Part shown: in pieces, positions 27,991 through 39,608 of the stretch
Position numbering within the stretch: the stretch's first letter is position 1
How the letters are laid out: the number at the start of each line of letters is the position of its first letter
NCBI GenBank assembly: GCA_964560325.1
Contig: CAZLLV010000561.1
Span: 486 to 64,485 of the forward strand
DNA from: an uncultured Thermoanaerobaculia bacterium
GTDB lineage: Bacteria > Acidobacteriota > Thermoanaerobaculia > Multivoradales > DATKCC01
DNA length: 64,000 nucleotides
Direction: 5' to 3'
Translations under genes and position numbers: made by a program
Notes under the pieces: generated by a model
The model's input: only the letters and a program-made list of their open reading frames with translations
Databases searched by the model: none
What the model was told of the DNA's origin: nothing

Positions 27991-29643
27991 ATGATGCGCC
28001 AGGTCCTGGACGCGTTGCGGCGCCAGGAGCGCAACATCCTGATCAACCAGACCGGCCTCGGCAGCCTCCAGGAGCTGCTCTCCCAGAAGCGGGTCGTCAC
28101 CCGCGAGGAGTGGGGCGACGTCTGGCAGGAGCGGATGGAGGAGGAGCTCGGCGCGCTCGAGCGGCGCGACCGCTTCGTCGCCGTGCGCGACCGGATCGTC
28201 GCTCTCTACCAGGGCGACAAGCGCGAGTTCTTCTCGCAGCTCCTGGAGGAGGCGGAGTACGCCTTCTACGCCCTCGACCCGGCGCGCGCCCTCGCCTCGC
28301 TCGAAGCCGCCCACAAGCTCGACCGCGACAACCTGGAGCTGACCTGGTTCCTGGGTGAGACCTTCTTCAACGAGGGAGCGGCCGAACGGGCGCTGCCTTT
28401 CTTCACGCGCCTCCTGGAGGCCGACCCGGACCACTACGAAGGCCTGGTCTACAGCGGCGTCATCCAGCACGAGCGCGGCGAGCCGCGCGCGGCGCAGCGG
28501 CTGCTCGAGCGAGCGGTCGAGCGCTACCCCGACTCCTTCCTGCCGCGCTTCACCCTCGGCGGCATCCACGCCGATCGGGGCGACAAGGCGCGCGCCATCG
28601 AGCACCTGGAGCGGGCGGTCGCGATCGACCCGGTGCCGCAGGCGCTCTACCTCCTCGGGAGCGTGCTCTACGAGAGCGGCAAGCCGACGGCGTCGATCCG
28701 CCGGCTGCGCGAGGCGGTCCGGCGCGACCCCGGTCTCGAGGAGGCGCACCACCTGCTCGGGCTCGCCTACCTCCAGCGCCGCTGGAACAAGAAGGCGCTC
28801 GAAGCCTTCCGCCAAGCGCAACGGTTGAACCCGCGCAAGATGCGCTACAACGACGTGGTGCGCTACCTCTCGGGCAACGGCGCGGCGCCGCTCCCCGAGG
28901 TGCCGGGCGAGGCCGGGAAGCTCTTCGCCCAGGGCGAGGACCGGCTGCGGGCGCAGGACCGGCGCGGCGCGCTCCGGCTCTACCGGCGCGCGCTCGAGCT
29001 CGAGCCGGAGAACCCGACGCTCCTGATGTCCTATGCGCTCCTCTGCCTGGAGCTCGACCGGGCGCAGGAGATCGAAGCGGTGAGCCGGCGGGTGCTCGAC
29101 CTGGCACCCGGCGAGATGCTGCGGGCGACCGCCTGCGCGGCCCTGATGGAGGCGCTGCGCAGCGAGGGCCGGATCGCGGAGGGGAACCGTGTCGGCCTGG
29201 GGCTGCTCGAGGACGGCGGCTCGGCTTTCACCAAGACGATCGCCTACTACGAGATGGCCTGTAACTACGCCGAGCTCGAGGAGCACGCGGCGGACGAGCC
29301 CGACCACCTGGAGCAGGCGCTCGACTACGCCCGGCGCGCGCTCGACCACGCGCCCGACGAGCTGATGCAGTTTCCGCTCGCCGCCCTCGGCTGGATCCAC
29401 TACAAGCGGCAGGAGTACGACAAGGCGGTCGACTTCCTGTCGCGCTCGAGCGAGCTCGGACCGAGCGCCGCGACCCTCACCCATCTCGGCATGGCGCTCC
29501 TCGCCTCCGGACACGAGGACCGCGCGCGCGACGTGCTCGCCCACGCCCGCACCCTCTCCGGCCGCGGCGAGGAGCTGGGCGCCAAGATGATGGAGTTCAT
29601 GAAGGACTCCGCCCGCCTCCTGCGCCGCGTCCGCACCGGCTGA
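27991..29643 (+). CDS. TPR-repeat protein (coordinates from the first ATG; coding probably extends upstream to about 27769)
   Basis: Multiple TPR units. The same frame upstream encodes a zinc-ribbon-like CQACG...CARCH with about 93% GC3, but no ATG, GTG or TTG is available there. Confidence 0.7.
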   Translation: MMRQVLDALRRQERNILINQTGLGSLQELLSQKRVVTREEWGDVWQERMEEELGALERRDRFVAVRDRIVALYQGDKREFFSQLLEEAEYAFYALDPARALASLEAAHKLDRDNLELTWFLGETFFNEGAAERALPFFTRLLEADPDHYEGLVYSGVIQHERGEPRAAQRLLERAVERYPDSFLPRFTLGGIHADRGDKARAIEHLERAVAIDPVPQALYLLGSVLYESGKPTASIRRLREAVRRDPGLEEAHHLLGLAYLQRRWNKKALEAFRQAQRLNPRKMRYNDVVRYLSGNGAAPLPEVPGEAGKLFAQGEDRLRAQDRRGALRLYRRALELEPENPTLLMSYALLCLELDRAQEIEAVSRRVLDLAPGEMLRATACAALMEALRSEGRIAEGNRVGLGLLEDGGSAFTKTIAYYEMACNYAELEEHAADEPDHLEQALDYARRALDHAPDELMQFPLAALGWIHYKRQEYDKAVDFLSRSSELGPSAATLTHLGMALLASGHEDRARDVLAHARTLSGRGEELGAKMMEFMKDSARLLRRVRTG

Positions 29644-29665
29644 GCGGGGACGACCGAAGAGCCCC

Positions 29666-31060
29666 TCAGTCGCCGGTGCCGCTGCGGAGCTCGGCCGGCT
29701 CCGGCCGCTCGACCGTGACCTCGAGCGTGCGGATGCGGTTGCGCTGGACCTCGCGGACCTCGAGCAGGAGGGGGCCGAGCTGCACGCGGTCGCCGGCGAC
29801 CGGGCGGCGGCCGAGGTCGGAGAGCACCACGCCGCCGATCGTGTCCTCGTCGCGGTCGGAGAACTCGACGCCGAGGGCCTCCTCGACCTCCTCCACCAGC
29901 ATCGCGCCGGAGACGTGGTAGCGGCCGTCGGCGACCTCGGAGAGCTCCGGCTTCTCGACGTCGAACTCGTCCTGGATCTGGCCGACGATCTCCTCGATCA
30001 CGTTCTCGAGCGTCACGATGCCGGAGACGCCGCCGTACTCGTCGAGCACCGCCGCCATGTGGACCTTCTCGCCCAGCATCCGGTTGAGCAGGCGGTCGAG
30101 GGCGAGCGTCTCGGGCACGAAGGCCATCTCCCGCGCCACCTCCTCGATCGATTCGAGCGGCCGGGCGGTGCGGAAGAGATCCTTGATGTGGACCAGGCCG
30201 ACCACGCGGTCGAGCGAGCCCTCGCAGAGCGGGAAGCGGGTGTGGCCGCTGCGGCGCGCCAGGGCGAGGTTCTTCTCCAGCGGCTTCGAGGTGTCGAGGT
30301 AGGCCACGTCGGCGCGCGGCACCATGATCTGGCGCGCCATCCGGTGCGACAGCGCGAAGATGTTGTCGAGCAGCTCGCGCTTGTGGTCGGAGAGCTGGCT
30401 CGCGTGCCCCGACGACAGGAGGAGCCGCAGCTCCTCCTCCTCGGGCGCCAGCTCCGACTCGCTCACCGGGGCGATCCCCACCATCTTCAGGATGGCGTTG
30501 GCGGCGTGGTTGAGGAGCCAGATCGCCGGGTAGGTCGTCTTGTAGAAGGCGTAGAGGGGCAGGGCGACCCACAGGGCGGTGCCCTCCGACTTGCGGATCG
30601 CGACCGACTTCGGCGCCAGCTCGCCCAGGACGATGTGGAGGATCGTGATCACGAAGAAGGCGACGGTGAGGGTGACCGAGTGGACGAGGGCGTCGCTCGC
30701 GCTCGGGATCAGCCGGAGGAGGAGCGGCTCCACGACCCAGGCGAACGCCGGCTCGCCGATCCAGCCGAGGGCGAGGCTCGCCAGGGTGATGCCGAGCTGG
30801 GTGGCCGAGAGGTAGGCGTCGAGGTGGCGCACCATGTGGCGCGCCGTCTTGCCCCGGCGCGAGCCGCTCGACACGTGGGGGTCGAGCTGCGTCGGCCGCA
30901 CCTTGACCAGGGCGAACTCGGCGGCCACGAAGAAGCCGTTCAAGAAGACCAGGAAGACCGCGAGCGCGAGCCCGAGCCACGGCTCGAGGCCGGGAGTCGC
31001 CACCGGCGGCCCGACCGCCAGGGTGGTGAACGGGAGGGAGAGCGCGGGGCTCACGGGCAC
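29666..31060 (-). CDS. CNNM/TlyC-family transporter (DUF21 + tandem CBS + CorC_HlyC domains)
   Basis: N-terminal DUF21 four-TM region, a CBS pair, and a C-terminal transporter-associated domain. Confidence 0.85.
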   Translation of the reverse strand: MPVSPALSLPFTTLAVGPPVATPGLEPWLGLALAVFLVFLNGFFVAAEFALVKVRPTQLDPHVSSGSRRGKTARHMVRHLDAYLSATQLGITLASLALGWIGEPAFAWVVEPLLLRLIPSASDALVHSVTLTVAFFVITILHIVLGELAPKSVAIRKSEGTALWVALPLYAFYKTTYPAIWLLNHAANAILKMVGIAPVSESELAPEEEELRLLLSSGHASQLSDHKRELLDNIFALSHRMARQIMVPRADVAYLDTSKPLEKNLALARRSGHTRFPLCEGSLDRVVGLVHIKDLFRTARPLESIEEVAREMAFVPETLALDRLLNRMLGEKVHMAAVLDEYGGVSGIVTLENVIEEIVGQIQDEFDVEKPELSEVADGRYHVSGAMLVEEVEEALGVEFSDRDEDTIGGVVLSDLGRRPVAGDRVQLGPLLLEVREVQRNRIRTLEVTVERPEPAELRSGTGD

Positions 31061-31191
31061 ACGCCGGCCAGGCCGCCGAGGCGGTCGGTCAGCTCCGGAG
31101 TCGTTCGGGGAGTATCAGATAGAGGAGGGTCGGTGCTCACGAGCGGTCCGATCCTACCACGCACGATCCTGGTCCCCGAGGGTTGCGGCTC

Positions 31192-31217
31192 GAATCATGT
31201 TGAAATAACATCGATTC
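31192..31217. promoter_or_regulatory. AT-rich imperfect palindrome GAATCATGTT-N5-AACATCGATTC abutting the start codon
   Basis: Core ATGT-N7-ACAT resembles PadR-type operator geometry. It lies directly 5' of ATG 31218. Confidence 0.3.
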
Positions 31218-33194
31218 ATGAAGTATGTGACATCTCTCCGATGGTCCTCTGCCGTTCGCGGCTCCCTCCTCACGGTCCTCCTCTCCACGACGCTCCCGGT
31301 CCCCGTGGCCGCCGACGTGGCCGACGCCTTCGGGGATCCGGTCCTCCTGCGCGACCTCCAGCCCGGAACCTCCGGCTCCCGGCCGTTCGGCTACGTCTCC
31401 CTCGGCGACCGGGCGCTCTTCCTCACCTCCCACGAGGTGGCGGGCCGGGGAGTGGAGGGGGAGAACCGCCTCTGGGGTACCGACGGCACCAACGGCGGGA
31501 CCGTTCCGCTGCCGCCGGACGCCGACATCCCCTTTCCGATCCACGCGGTGTCGCCGGACGGCTCGTCCGCCTTCTACAACGCGGTCGACCGACAGGGCGG
31601 CGACGCTCCCGGCTCGCTCTGGGTCACGGACGGTACGGTGGCCGGCACCATGGAGCTCGCCGACGGCGTCGTCCTCGAGGACTTCGACGAGGCCCTCCCC
31701 CACTTCGGTCCGGACGGGCACCTCTACTTCGTGGGCCGGACGGGCGACCCGGAGACCCACGATCTGGAGCCCTGGGTGAGCGACGGCACGCCGGAGGGGA
31801 CCTTCCGGCTCGCCGACACGATTCCCGGACCCGATCAGGCCCGCATCGGCGAGATCGTCTCCTTTCGGGGAGAGGTCTACTTCACGTCCTTCGATCCGGA
31901 CAGCGGACGTCCGGCGCTCTGGAAGAGCGACGGGACGACGGTGGGGACCGTCGTGGCGGCCGTCCTGATGGACGGTGCCGCCGATTTCGGAGTGCTGGAG
32001 GCCGCGGGCTCGTCGCTCTACCTCGCCGGCACTGACCGCCAGGGATTCAGCGCCGTATGGCGGAGCGACGGGACGCCCGACGGCACCGTGAAGCTGGCCC
32101 GGTTGGGTGATGCGGGATACGGGGGCGGGCCGTTCAGGGCCTATTTCGTGGCCGATCTGTCGGACGCTTCCGGCGACCGGACCGTCTGGCGGGCGCTCGA
32201 GCTCGGATCGCCCGGGGTGCTCTGGCGTTTGGATGGCACGCCGGGCGGCGCCGAGCGGATCGGCGAGACCACCCCCGGCTCGATCGGTGACGCGGTGGTG
32301 CTGGACGGGGTCGCCTACTTCCGGGCGGATACCGTGGAGACCGGCACCGAGCTCTTCCGTACCGACGGCACGGCGGCGGGGACCGGGCCGGTAGTCGACT
32401 GGTGTCCGGGTCCCTGCTCGGGGATCGGCGACGGCCCGGTGGTGTTCGCCGGCCGGCTGTTGCTCAGCTCCCAGCAGGGGACCGGGACCGGTTCGGAGCC
32501 CCTGGTGTCGGACGGGACGGCGGCCGGTACCCGCCTGCTCGCCGACCTCTGCGCCGGCCCGAGTAGCTCCGGCGCGGGGATACGGTCCGGGTCCGATCTC
32601 GGCTACGGCTACGCCTTCGTGGCGGCCGGTGCCGGGACCGCTCGGCAGGTCTGGGTCACCGATCTCACGCCGGAAGGGACCGTGCGGCTCACGGGCTTCC
32701 CGGGCGGTGTCGCCTCCTCCGACGTTCGGCGCGCCGGTGACCGGCTGGTCTTCTCCGTCAGCGACGCGGCGACCGGCGTCGAGCCGTGGACGCTGCCCTT
32801 CTTCGGCCTCGGCGGTGATCCGCCGCTCCCGCCAGGTCCCTGGCATACCGGTCCCGGTTTGCCCGGGTTCGAGGTCAAGGCGCGCATCCGGGCCGGCGGC
32901 GAGACGATCGCGACCGCCGTCGAGCCGGAGTGCATCCCGGAAACCCTCTGCCTCTCCGGCGCGCTGCCGGGCCGCTCGGAGCTCTTCGTGCGCATCGTCG
33001 GTCCCAAGCCGAACGGCTTCCTCTGGCCGACCCTGGTGAAGTTCTCGACCTCCGAGATCGAGGTCTGGATCCGGCAGACGGCGCCCGGGCCGACCCAGGG
33101 CGAGGTGCGCTACTACCGGCTGGAGGGTGCAAGCCCAGGGTTCGACGAGCTGCCGGGCCTGTTCGACCGGGACGGCTTTCGGCCGCTCTCGTAG
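31218..33194 (+). CDS. secreted ELWxxDGT-repeat protein carrying the conserved C-terminal module
   Basis: Signal peptide, then repeats such as SLWVTDGTVAGT, EPWVSDGTPEGT, ALWKSDGTTVGT and ELFRTDGTAAGT. The C-terminus PGFEVKARI...ECIPETLCLSGALPGRSELFVRIVGPKPNGFLWP...EVWIRQ is homologous to the C-termini of CDS 18483 and CDS 55637. Confidence 0.65.
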   Translation: MKYVTSLRWSSAVRGSLLTVLLSTTLPVPVAADVADAFGDPVLLRDLQPGTSGSRPFGYVSLGDRALFLTSHEVAGRGVEGENRLWGTDGTNGGTVPLPPDADIPFPIHAVSPDGSSAFYNAVDRQGGDAPGSLWVTDGTVAGTMELADGVVLEDFDEALPHFGPDGHLYFVGRTGDPETHDLEPWVSDGTPEGTFRLADTIPGPDQARIGEIVSFRGEVYFTSFDPDSGRPALWKSDGTTVGTVVAAVLMDGAADFGVLEAAGSSLYLAGTDRQGFSAVWRSDGTPDGTVKLARLGDAGYGGGPFRAYFVADLSDASGDRTVWRALELGSPGVLWRLDGTPGGAERIGETTPGSIGDAVVLDGVAYFRADTVETGTELFRTDGTAAGTGPVVDWCPGPCSGIGDGPVVFAGRLLLSSQQGTGTGSEPLVSDGTAAGTRLLADLCAGPSSSGAGIRSGSDLGYGYAFVAAGAGTARQVWVTDLTPEGTVRLTGFPGGVASSDVRRAGDRLVFSVSDAATGVEPWTLPFFGLGGDPPLPPGPWHTGPGLPGFEVKARIRAGGETIATAVEPECIPETLCLSGALPGRSELFVRIVGPKPNGFLWPTLVKFSTSEIEVWIRQTAPGPTQGEVRYYRLEGASPGFDELPGLFDRDGFRPLS

Positions 33195-33291
33195 CGCCGG
33201 ATCGACGGCGGGCGCGCGGCGCGCGTAGACGGAGATGGCGGAATCGCGTGCCGCGGTCCGCCGTTGTCTACGGAGCACGAGGAACTCTTCG

Positions 33292-34407
33292 ATGACCTTC
33301 CGAACCCACCGCACCCACCGCGCCAGCGTCCCCGCCGTCACCCTCCTGGCGGTGCTCGGCTTCGCGCTCGCCGCCGCAGTCGCCGCGCCGGCGGCGTGGG
33401 CCGCGCCCGAGAACCCGGCCGCCAAGGACCCCTTCCAGTGGCGCAAGGGCAACCTCGGCTGGCTCGAGCCGATGCTGGTCGAGGCGATCGAGGGCGAGCC
33501 GCTCGCGGTCGGGCCCGGTTTCTTCGACGAGGATCTGCGCCGGCGCGCCAAGATGACCCCCAACCACGAGGCGCTCTGGCGGTCGCTGCGCTACACGGCG
33601 GCGGTCCGGGGGGACGCGGGGGATCTCGAGCGGGAGCGCGAGCAGATCGGAGCGTGGTTCGAGCGCCAGCGGCGCGACGGCCTGCAGCTCGACGAGCCGG
33701 GCGGCTACGTCCAGGTCTGGTCGGCGGCCTCGGCGCTCGCCGCGCTCGCCGCCTGGGAGGATCTGTCGGCTCACCCGGACGATGCCGGCGCCGAGCACGT
33801 GACGCGCACGGTCCTCGGCTGGTGGCGCGACTTCGGCGCCTACTACGGCCGCCTGCGAACCGACAGCGGGCTCCTGCTCCGCGTCGGTGCACGACAGAAC
33901 CACCGGCCGCGCGACGCCGCCTTCGACGAGGTGCTGGTCGACCTGCTCCTCGGCCCGGCCGAGAGCGGCCCCCACGCCAACGCCCGCTGGATGGCGGGCA
34001 AGCCGGAGCACGCCTGGATGCGCCGCGGCCTGGGCGCCTGGAGCGCCCGCGAGGTGATGGAGCTCGGCGTGCCGCTCGACGAGATGGCACGCGAGGGGCT
34101 CGACGGGCCGCTGCCGCGGATCGCCAACCGGGTGACCCTGGAACCCGGCGAATGGGCCTGGATGCCGGTGATCTCCGGGCTGGGGCCGATGCGCTGGGCG
34201 AGCTGGTCGGAGGACGGAGAGATCGGCTTCACCGGCCACGCCAGGAACCGTCGCGCGCGCCGAGAGCTCGCCACCGCCCCGGAGGCGCCGCGCTTCCGGC
34301 TCCACGGAGGGATGACGACCGGCCCGGACGCGCAGCTCGCGCCGCTGCCGGATCTGCCGGAACGCCCCGCGGGCCGTGACGGCGAACGCCCCGTCGAGCG
34401 CCGGTGA
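33292..34407 (+). CDS. secreted hypothetical protein
   Basis: Signal peptide MTFRTHRTHRASVPAVTLLAVLGFALAAAVAAPAAWA. First gene of an operon translationally coupled to the TPR and CRTAC1 genes. Confidence 0.5.
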   Translation: MTFRTHRTHRASVPAVTLLAVLGFALAAAVAAPAAWAAPENPAAKDPFQWRKGNLGWLEPMLVEAIEGEPLAVGPGFFDEDLRRRAKMTPNHEALWRSLRYTAAVRGDAGDLEREREQIGAWFERQRRDGLQLDEPGGYVQVWSAASALAALAAWEDLSAHPDDAGAEHVTRTVLGWWRDFGAYYGRLRTDSGLLLRVGARQNHRPRDAAFDEVLVDLLLGPAESGPHANARWMAGKPEHAWMRRGLGAWSAREVMELGVPLDEMAREGLDGPLPRIANRVTLEPGEWAWMPVISGLGPMRWASWSEDGEIGFTGHARNRRARRELATAPEAPRFRLHGGMTTGPDAQLAPLPDLPERPAGRDGERPVERR

Positions 34408-35278
34408 CGCCACTCTCGGGTCCAACCGCGCTCGCGGTCCTCGCCCTCTTCGCGATCCCGGCGGCGCTTCCCGCCCAGGAGATCCCGGCCGCCGAGCAGG
34501 CCCTTTCCGACGGCCGCGCCGACGACGCGATCGAGCTCTATCGCGCGCAGGCCGCCGAGCGCCCGGAGGACGCCGGAGCCCACGCGATCCTCGGCCGCAC
34601 CCTCGCTCTCGCCGACCGCTACGGAGAGGCCGCGACGGCGCTCGAGCGGGCGGTCGCGCTGGGCGCGGACGACGTGCGGACCCTCCTCTACCTCGGCTCG
34701 GCGCTCTGGGAGAGCGGCCGGCCCGAGGCGGCCGATCCGGTGCTGGCGCGTGCCGCCCTCACTGCGGAAGCGGCGGCGGCCGGTACCGGAGCCGAGCTCC
34801 TCGCCCACCACCAGCTCGGTCGGCTGCGCCTCTGGGCCGGCCGGCCCGCCGAGGCGATCCCGTCGCTCGAGCGGGCGCTGGCGCTGCGGCCGTCGGCGGG
34901 GGACATCGCGCTCGACCTCGCCCGCGCTCTCGACCGCGCCGGCCGCACGGACGACGCGATCGCCGCCTTCCGGCGGGTGATCGAAGCTTCGCCGGACAGC
35001 CACCACGCCCGCTGGGGTCTCGCCCAGGTGCTCGCCCGCGCCGGCCGCCGCGACGAGGCGGCCGAGCAGCTCCGCGTCTACCGCGAGCTCTACGACGCCG
35101 ACCAGGACCGCACCCGCCGCATCCGCCGCGTCGAGTCGCTGGTCGACCTCGCGCACGTCCGCGCCCTCGACGGCGACCACGCCGCCGCCGTCCGGGCGCT
35201 CGAAGAGGCGGTCGGCCTCGACCCGGACGACCCGAACCTCCGCCGCCTCCTCGCGCGCGAGCGCCTAGCGGCGGGCGG

Positions 35279-35282
<4 letters not shown>
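34404..35282 (+). CDS. secreted TPR-repeat protein
   Basis: GTG start overlapping the upstream stop, a signal peptide, and TPR-like helical repeats. Confidence 0.65.
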
Positions 35283-37018
<1,736 letters not shown>

Positions 37019-37099
37019 GGCGCGCCTGCTAGGATGCCGCAGAGCGGCATGGCCGTGGCCGAGCCGCCGACCCTCTCACCCCGACCGGAGCTTTTCCCC

Positions 37100-38200
37100 A
37101 TGGCGACCCTCTTCTTCACCGGCTTCCCCGGCTTCCTCGGCTCCGAGCTCCTGCCCCGCGTGCTGCGCCGCTCGCCGGACGCCGAGGCGCTCTGCCTGGT
37201 GCAACCGAAGTTCGTTGACCTGGCCCGGGCGCGCGCCGACGAGATCGAGGCGTCCGACGAGGCGTTCACCGGCCGCATCCGGCTGGTCGAGGGGGACGTC
37301 ACCGCGCCCGGCCTCGGCCTGGGACCGGAGGGCCGATTCCCGGCCGGGCTCCGGAGCGGCGTCTCCGAGATCTTCCACCTGGCGGCGATCTACGACCTGG
37401 CGGTGCCCCGCGACCTCGCGATGCGCGTCAACGTCGACGGCACCCGGAACCTCCTGCGCTTCGCGGCCGGGTGCGACGCGCTCGAACGCTTCCAGTACGT
37501 CTCGACCTGCTACGTCTCCGGCCGCTACGCGGGCGCTTTCGCCGAGACCGACCTGGTCAAGGGGCAAAACTTCAACAACTTCTACGAGGAGACGAAGTTC
37601 CTCGCCGAGGTGCAGGTGCAGGAGTGGATGGAGAAGGGACTGCCGGCGACCGTCTACCGGCCGTCGATCGTGGTCGGCGACAGCCGCACCGGCGCGACCG
37701 GCAAGTACGACGGCCCGTACTACGTGATCCGCTGGCTCCTCAAGCAGCCGGGCGTGGCGCTGATGCCGGTGGTGGGCGACCCGAAGCGCACGCGCCTCAA
37801 CGTCGTCCCTTCCGATTTCGTGATCTCCGCCATCGACCACCTCTCCGGCGCCCCCGCGTCGCGCGGCGTGGTCTACCAGCTCGCCGATCCCGATCCGCCG
37901 ACGATCGCGGAGATGCTCGACCTGATCGTACGCGCCGTCGACAAGCCGGTGGTCAAGCTCCCGACGCTGCGTTCGGTCGCCAAGGGCGCGCTCGGGCACG
38001 TGCCGTTCCTGGAGCGGGTGATGGGCATCCCACCGGCGGCGATCGACTACTTCGTGCACCCGACCTTCTACCTGACCGACAACACCCGCCGCGACCTCGC
38101 CGGCACCGGCATCGAGGTGCCGCCGTTCGCGAGCTACGTCGACCGGCTGGTCGAGTTCGTCCGCCGGCACCCCGAAGTGCGCTCCAAAGCGATGGCTTAG
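37100..38200 (+). CDS. SDR-family NAD(P)-binding protein, thioester-reductase / fatty acyl-CoA reductase-like (NAD_binding_4)
   Basis: FTGFPGFLGSELLPRVL dinucleotide motif and a YxxxK-type active-site region. Confidence 0.75.
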   Translation: MATLFFTGFPGFLGSELLPRVLRRSPDAEALCLVQPKFVDLARARADEIEASDEAFTGRIRLVEGDVTAPGLGLGPEGRFPAGLRSGVSEIFHLAAIYDLAVPRDLAMRVNVDGTRNLLRFAAGCDALERFQYVSTCYVSGRYAGAFAETDLVKGQNFNNFYEETKFLAEVQVQEWMEKGLPATVYRPSIVVGDSRTGATGKYDGPYYVIRWLLKQPGVALMPVVGDPKRTRLNVVPSDFVISAIDHLSGAPASRGVVYQLADPDPPTIAEMLDLIVRAVDKPVVKLPTLRSVAKGALGHVPFLERVMGIPPAAIDYFVHPTFYLTDNTRRDLAGTGIEVPPFASYVDRLVEFVRRHPEVRSKAMA

Positions 38201-39597
38201 ATCGCCCCTCCCAGGCTCGCGGGGCCGCGGCGCCGGATCCAGAGCGCGAGGAGGATCGCGACGGTCGCGAGGCCGGCGGCGAGCCCCCACCAGATCCCGA
38301 CCAGTCCGGCGCCGACCCGGAAGCCGAGCCACCAGGCGAGCGGCAGCGCGATGCCGTAGAAGCCGATCAGCATGATGAGGGCCGCGGGCACCGTCCGGCC
38401 CATCCCGCGTAGCACGCCGGAGCCCACCACCTGGGCGCCGTCGGCGACCTGGAAGGCGGCGACGATCGGCAGGATCGCGGCGCACAGCGCCACCACCGCA
38501 GGGTCGTCGGTGAAGAGCTCGGAGAGCGGCCGCCGTCCGAGCGTGAGCCCGACCGCGGCGACCGCCATCACCCCGCAGCCGAGGGCGAGCGACACCCACG
38601 CCGCCCGCTGCGCGCCCGGGAAATCCCGCGCGCCGAGGAGGTTGCCGACCCGCGTCACCGCGGCGAACGAGATGCCGAGCGGGATCATGAAGGTCCAGGA
38701 CGAGATCGCGACCACGATCGAGTGAGCGGCGAGCGGCCCGGGACCGAGCCAGCCGGCCCAGATCATCGACAGGCTGAACGCCCAGTACTCGAGGCCCATC
38801 TGCAATCCGACCGGCGCCCCCAGGCCGAGCAGGCGGCCGATCGAGGGGAGGTGGAACGACTCCCGGCTCCACCCTCTCCAGACGCTCTCCTCGCCCAGAA
38901 GGCGCGCGGCGAGCGCGAGGAAGGCGAACATGTAGACCATCGAGATCGAGGTGGCGAGCCCGGCGCCCACGACCCCGAGCGGCGGCGAGCCGAGGTGGCC
39001 GAAGATGAAGACCCAGTTGGCGGCCACGTTGATGGCGTTGGCGGAGAGCGTCGCCCACATCACCGGCTTCATCCGGCCCTGCGCCTGGAGCCAGTGGCGC
39101 AGCACCACGTAGCCGAAGAAGGCGGGCAGCCCGACGATCTGGACCAGGGCGTAGCGGTGCGCCTCGGCCGAGAGGTGCGGGTCCTGACCCAGGCTCACGA
39201 GACCGGGGCCGGTGGAGACCACGATCAGGCAGAGGAGCGGTGTCACGAGCGCCGCCGACACCAGCCCCCGCTGACCGGAGAGGACGAGCCCGCGGCGGTC
39301 GCCGGCGCCGTACGCCTGCGCCGCCACCGGGTCGAGGCCGAGGAGAAGGCCCATCACCACGATCGAGGTGCCGATCAGCCAGAGCCGGCCGAGGGAGGCG
39401 GCGTCGAGCGCCTCGACGCTCACCTGGCCGAGCATGAGCATGTCGACCACCCACAGCGTCATGGCCCCGACCTGCGCCGTCACCAGGGGCGCGGCGAGCC
39501 GGGTCAGCCGACGGACCTCGAACGAGACCGGTTTCACGGGAGATCGGGGAGGAGCCGGAGCGAAGGAGCCTGCCTGCAAGAGCTGCCACGGTAGCAC
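38197..39597 (-). CDS. MATE family efflux transporter (start uncertain; alternative GTG at 39537)
   Basis: Twelve TM helices with MATE duplications. Confidence 0.8.
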   Translation of the reverse strand: MLPWQLLQAGSFAPAPPRSPVKPVSFEVRRLTRLAAPLVTAQVGAMTLWVVDMLMLGQVSVEALDAASLGRLWLIGTSIVVMGLLLGLDPVAAQAYGAGDRRGLVLSGQRGLVSAALVTPLLCLIVVSTGPGLVSLGQDPHLSAEAHRYALVQIVGLPAFFGYVVLRHWLQAQGRMKPVMWATLSANAINVAANWVFIFGHLGSPPLGVVGAGLATSISMVYMFAFLALAARLLGEESVWRGWSRESFHLPSIGRLLGLGAPVGLQMGLEYWAFSLSMIWAGWLGPGPLAAHSIVVAISSWTFMIPLGISFAAVTRVGNLLGARDFPGAQRAAWVSLALGCGVMAVAAVGLTLGRRPLSELFTDDPAVVALCAAILPIVAAFQVADGAQVVGSGVLRGMGRTVPAALIMLIGFYGIALPLAWWLGFRVGAGLVGIWWGLAAGLATVAILLALWIRRRGPASLGGAI

Positions 39598-39608
39598 GAT
39601 CGAGCGCG

